Assembly: GCA_900319235.1 (NCBI GenBank)
Contig: ONNR01000002.1
Coordinates: 86,517 to 150,516 of the forward strand
Length of the DNA: 64,000 bases
Source: an uncultured Prevotellaceae bacterium
GTDB lineage: Bacteria; Bacteroidota; Bacteroidia; Bacteroidales; UBA3663
Direction of reading: 5' to 3'
The position numbers were made by a program, and so were the translations under genes. The stretch's first letter is position 1; each line of letters starts with the position of its first letter. The notes beneath the pieces were generated by a model. The model made no database searches. It had not been told where the DNA came from and saw nothing but the letters and a program-made list of their open reading frames with translations. Positions 62,175 to 64,000 of the stretch are shown here, in pieces.

Positions 62175-63851
62175 TCAGTTAGCCGTGAAGGTATAGCTTT
62201 GGTTGGCCACTACTGCGGCGATGTCCTGCTGCACGCCGTCACCATCTCCATTGAGGATTAGGTTGTAGGTGCCGCCGTCGTTGGGCAATGGGAATACCAG
62301 TGTGCCGTTCTCGTTCGAAGAAGGAGTGATGCCACGCCAGCCGCCGTAGATCTCGCCGTCACCCCAGGCATAGAGGTGTGGATTGGCGTAGCCGGCATTG
62401 TTCTGGATGGTTACGGTGTTGGGCGATTCCACCCAGTCGGAGCTGACGTCGAAGAAGTGGCTGCCTGTGGTTGTCAGGGCGGGACCATCGATTTGCTGAC
62501 CCGCACCATTGTTGTTCAGGATGAGGTTGAAGGAGCCACCTGCCGGCAACTCGTAGAGGTTCCAACCGTTGTCGGTCACCTTGACTGGAGCTGCACCTGG
62601 CCATTCGCCACAGGCTTCGCTGTCACCGTATACATAGAGGTGAGGCTCATTGTAGCCGATGGTGTTCTTGATGGCAATGACAACCTTGTCGCCTGTGGGT
62701 TGTGGCTGTGGCTCAGGATCGGTTCCAGGAGTGTCGCCACCGCCCTGGTAGTCCTTGCTGATGACCTCATAGCCGCCATCGAAGATACGCAGATAGATGT
62801 CGTGGTCGATGGTGAAGTTGAGGTCACCGCCTTCCCACTGCACGCCGCCATTGTTGTTGTTGGGGATGAGGTTGAGGTTCAGTCCTGTGTTGGCCTCGCC
62901 AAGGTCGAAGTAGGTATATTCCAGACCGTTGATGGTCTGTGTGCCTGTGGGTGCCATACCCGGCCAACCGCCGAAGGCTTCGGCATCGCCCCAGGCATAG
63001 AGTGCCAGTTCGGTCTGGCTCGACTCGTTGAGGACGAAGAGGGCATAGCCATCGTGCTGCACGGTAGGCTCAAGACCAATCTCCTCCACGCCGTCAGCAG
63101 TGACGAGCAGGTAGATGTCGCGTTCGATGGTGAAGTTGAAGTCGGCCAGCTGCGAACCGTTGCCACCGTTGTTGAAGATGAGGTTCTCGTTGAGGCCGGT
63201 GTTGGCAGCACCCATGTCGAAGTACTTCCATACGACGCCGCCCTTCTCCCAGGTGCCTGTTGGGTTCATGCCCGGCCAGTCACCGTTGAGGTTGTTGATG
63301 TCGCCCCACATGTAGAGTGTCAGGGCATCCCAGCCCGTCTGGTCATCCACATAGACTACGAAGCCGTCGTGCTCAGGCTCGGGCTTTTCGCCTCCGCTCC
63401 AGTAATAGCTCTCCCACCGCTGTCCCCAGACATTGGCAAATGTGCCGACACCTGGATTGTCGAAATGGGTGGCAAGTTCGCCCGAAGTGGTGTATTCCAT
63501 ACCCTGTGTGGCGGAATAGAATCGATAGCCGTCGGCAAGTGTCTTGCCGCCTACGAAAGTGCTCGGATTGAGATAGACGCCAAACTTAACATCGCTTTCG
63601 GGAGCCTTGGTCAAAAGGAACTCAGGCTGTCCGATGGCTGCGCTATCGCCGTTGAATGCACCAACAATGTAGATCTCCTCATCAACTGTGGTGCCGAAAG
63701 GCGCAATGAACTCGAGCAGGACACGGTCGGCCTGCGTCGGGAACTGCTGACGCTCATGCGGGAACACGATCTCCTCATTGTCGGAACAACTGCTCATCAT
63801 TCCGGTGAGAGCCAGCAGCGCCAATACCAGACTATATAATTTCTTATTCAT
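62175..63851 (-). CDS. Surface starch-binding lipoprotein with four CBM25/26-like repeats (SusE/SusF functional analogue)
   Basis: Lipobox MSSC. Four repeats of the pattern L(Y)xWGD...G(D/G/E)WPG...N(L)I(F/P/L)NN. Confidence 0.8.
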   Translation of the reverse strand: MNKKLYSLVLALLALTGMMSSCSDNEEIVFPHERQQFPTQADRVLLEFIAPFGTTVDEEIYIVGAFNGDSAAIGQPEFLLTKAPESDVKFGVYLNPSTFVGGKTLADGYRFYSATQGMEYTTSGELATHFDNPGVGTFANVWGQRWESYYWSGGEKPEPEHDGFVVYVDDQTGWDALTLYMWGDINNLNGDWPGMNPTGTWEKGGVVWKYFDMGAANTGLNENLIFNNGGNGSQLADFNFTIERDIYLLVTADGVEEIGLEPTVQHDGYALFVLNESSQTELALYAWGDAEAFGGWPGMAPTGTQTINGLEYTYFDLGEANTGLNLNLIPNNNNGGVQWEGGDLNFTIDHDIYLRIFDGGYEVISKDYQGGGDTPGTDPEPQPQPTGDKVVIAIKNTIGYNEPHLYVYGDSEACGEWPGAAPVKVTDNGWNLYELPAGGSFNLILNNNGAGQQIDGPALTTTGSHFFDVSSDWVESPNTVTIQNNAGYANPHLYAWGDGEIYGGWRGITPSSNENGTLVFPLPNDGGTYNLILNGDGDGVQQDIAAVVANQSYTFTAN

Positions 63852-63873
63852 GACTTTCAGTATTTTGATGGAT

Positions 63874-64000
63874 TAATAGTTTGGATTCTGAATAAGGCCG
63901 GGATTAACGGCGAGAGCCGACTGTGGCAGTGGATACCACTCGTACTTGCGGTCGCGCTGGGTTGGCAGGTTGACACCATCTTCGGTGGCACGGCCCCAAA
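63874..64000 (-). CDS. SusD-family protein, C-terminal end (gene continues beyond window end)
   Basis: My translation of the minus strand is ...WGRATEDGVNLPTQRDRKYEWYPLPQSALAVNPGLIQNPNY*, a typical SusD C-terminus. It lies 22 nt upstream of the starch-binding lipoprotein. Confidence 0.75.

Noticed and set aside
1-64000. Search for tRNA, rRNA, tmRNA, integrase, transposase, phage or defence-system genes that would mark a mobile island.
   Set aside because: I could not recognise any cloverleaf-like sequence, rRNA segment, recombinase motif or defence-gene signature by eye. The accessory-looking 27.5-34.2 kb stretch has rearrangement scars but no identifiable mobility gene. A proper tRNAscan, Infernal and HMM scan would be needed to be definitive.

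Overview
This 64-kb segment looks like chromosome from a Bacteroidota organism, probably Bacteroidales and Prevotellaceae-like. The basis is mid-50s % GC by eye, TAnnTTTG -7 promoter boxes, SusC/SusD pairs, lipoprotein signal peptides and T9SS-type C-terminal sorting tails. I support about 46 protein genes.

Housekeeping genes: ftsH, gdhA, tex, rnpA-yidD, a hemD-like gene, a DEAD-box helicase and a YhaM-like HD nuclease.

Glycan-utilisation loci:
- A complete PUL at about 13.8-28.4 kb. It carries a LuxR-type propeller sensor, SusC, SusD, an unknown lipoprotein, an alginate-lyase-fold/GH88 fusion, GH2 and an SGNH esterase.
- The distal end of a starch locus at 58.6-64 kb. It carries a SusD tail, a multi-CBM lipoprotein and two GH13 amylases.
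- Isolated CAZymes: CE15, GH127 and a T9SS-sorted CE8.

Other content:
- A copZ-copA copper efflux pair.
- A membrane protein - ECF sigma - anti-sigma operon.
- A small accessory-looking stretch at 27.5-34.2 kb: flavodiiron protein, acyltransferase-3, histidine acid phosphatase, LbH acetyltransferase, NTF2-like protein and an aldo/keto-reductase remnant.

I recognised no rRNA, tRNA, CRISPR array, transposase, integrase or obvious defence system.

The most unusual content is non-coding:
1. A 5.5-copy tandem array of an 84-bp unit built from palindromes (33.5-33.95 kb).
2. A dispersed intergenic element family made of ~10-nt GGG-containing words in inverted arms. It has two homologous copies in opposite orientation, at 37.3 kb and 60.6 kb. 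Each arm fits the canonical G-quadruplex motif.
3. A related-looking GGTTAAGA/TCTTAACC word element at 24.95 kb.
4. An exact 25-nt A/T/C-only word that occurs four times at gene boundaries and carries stop codons in all six frames.

All homology calls come from motif recognition by eye. No searches were run.
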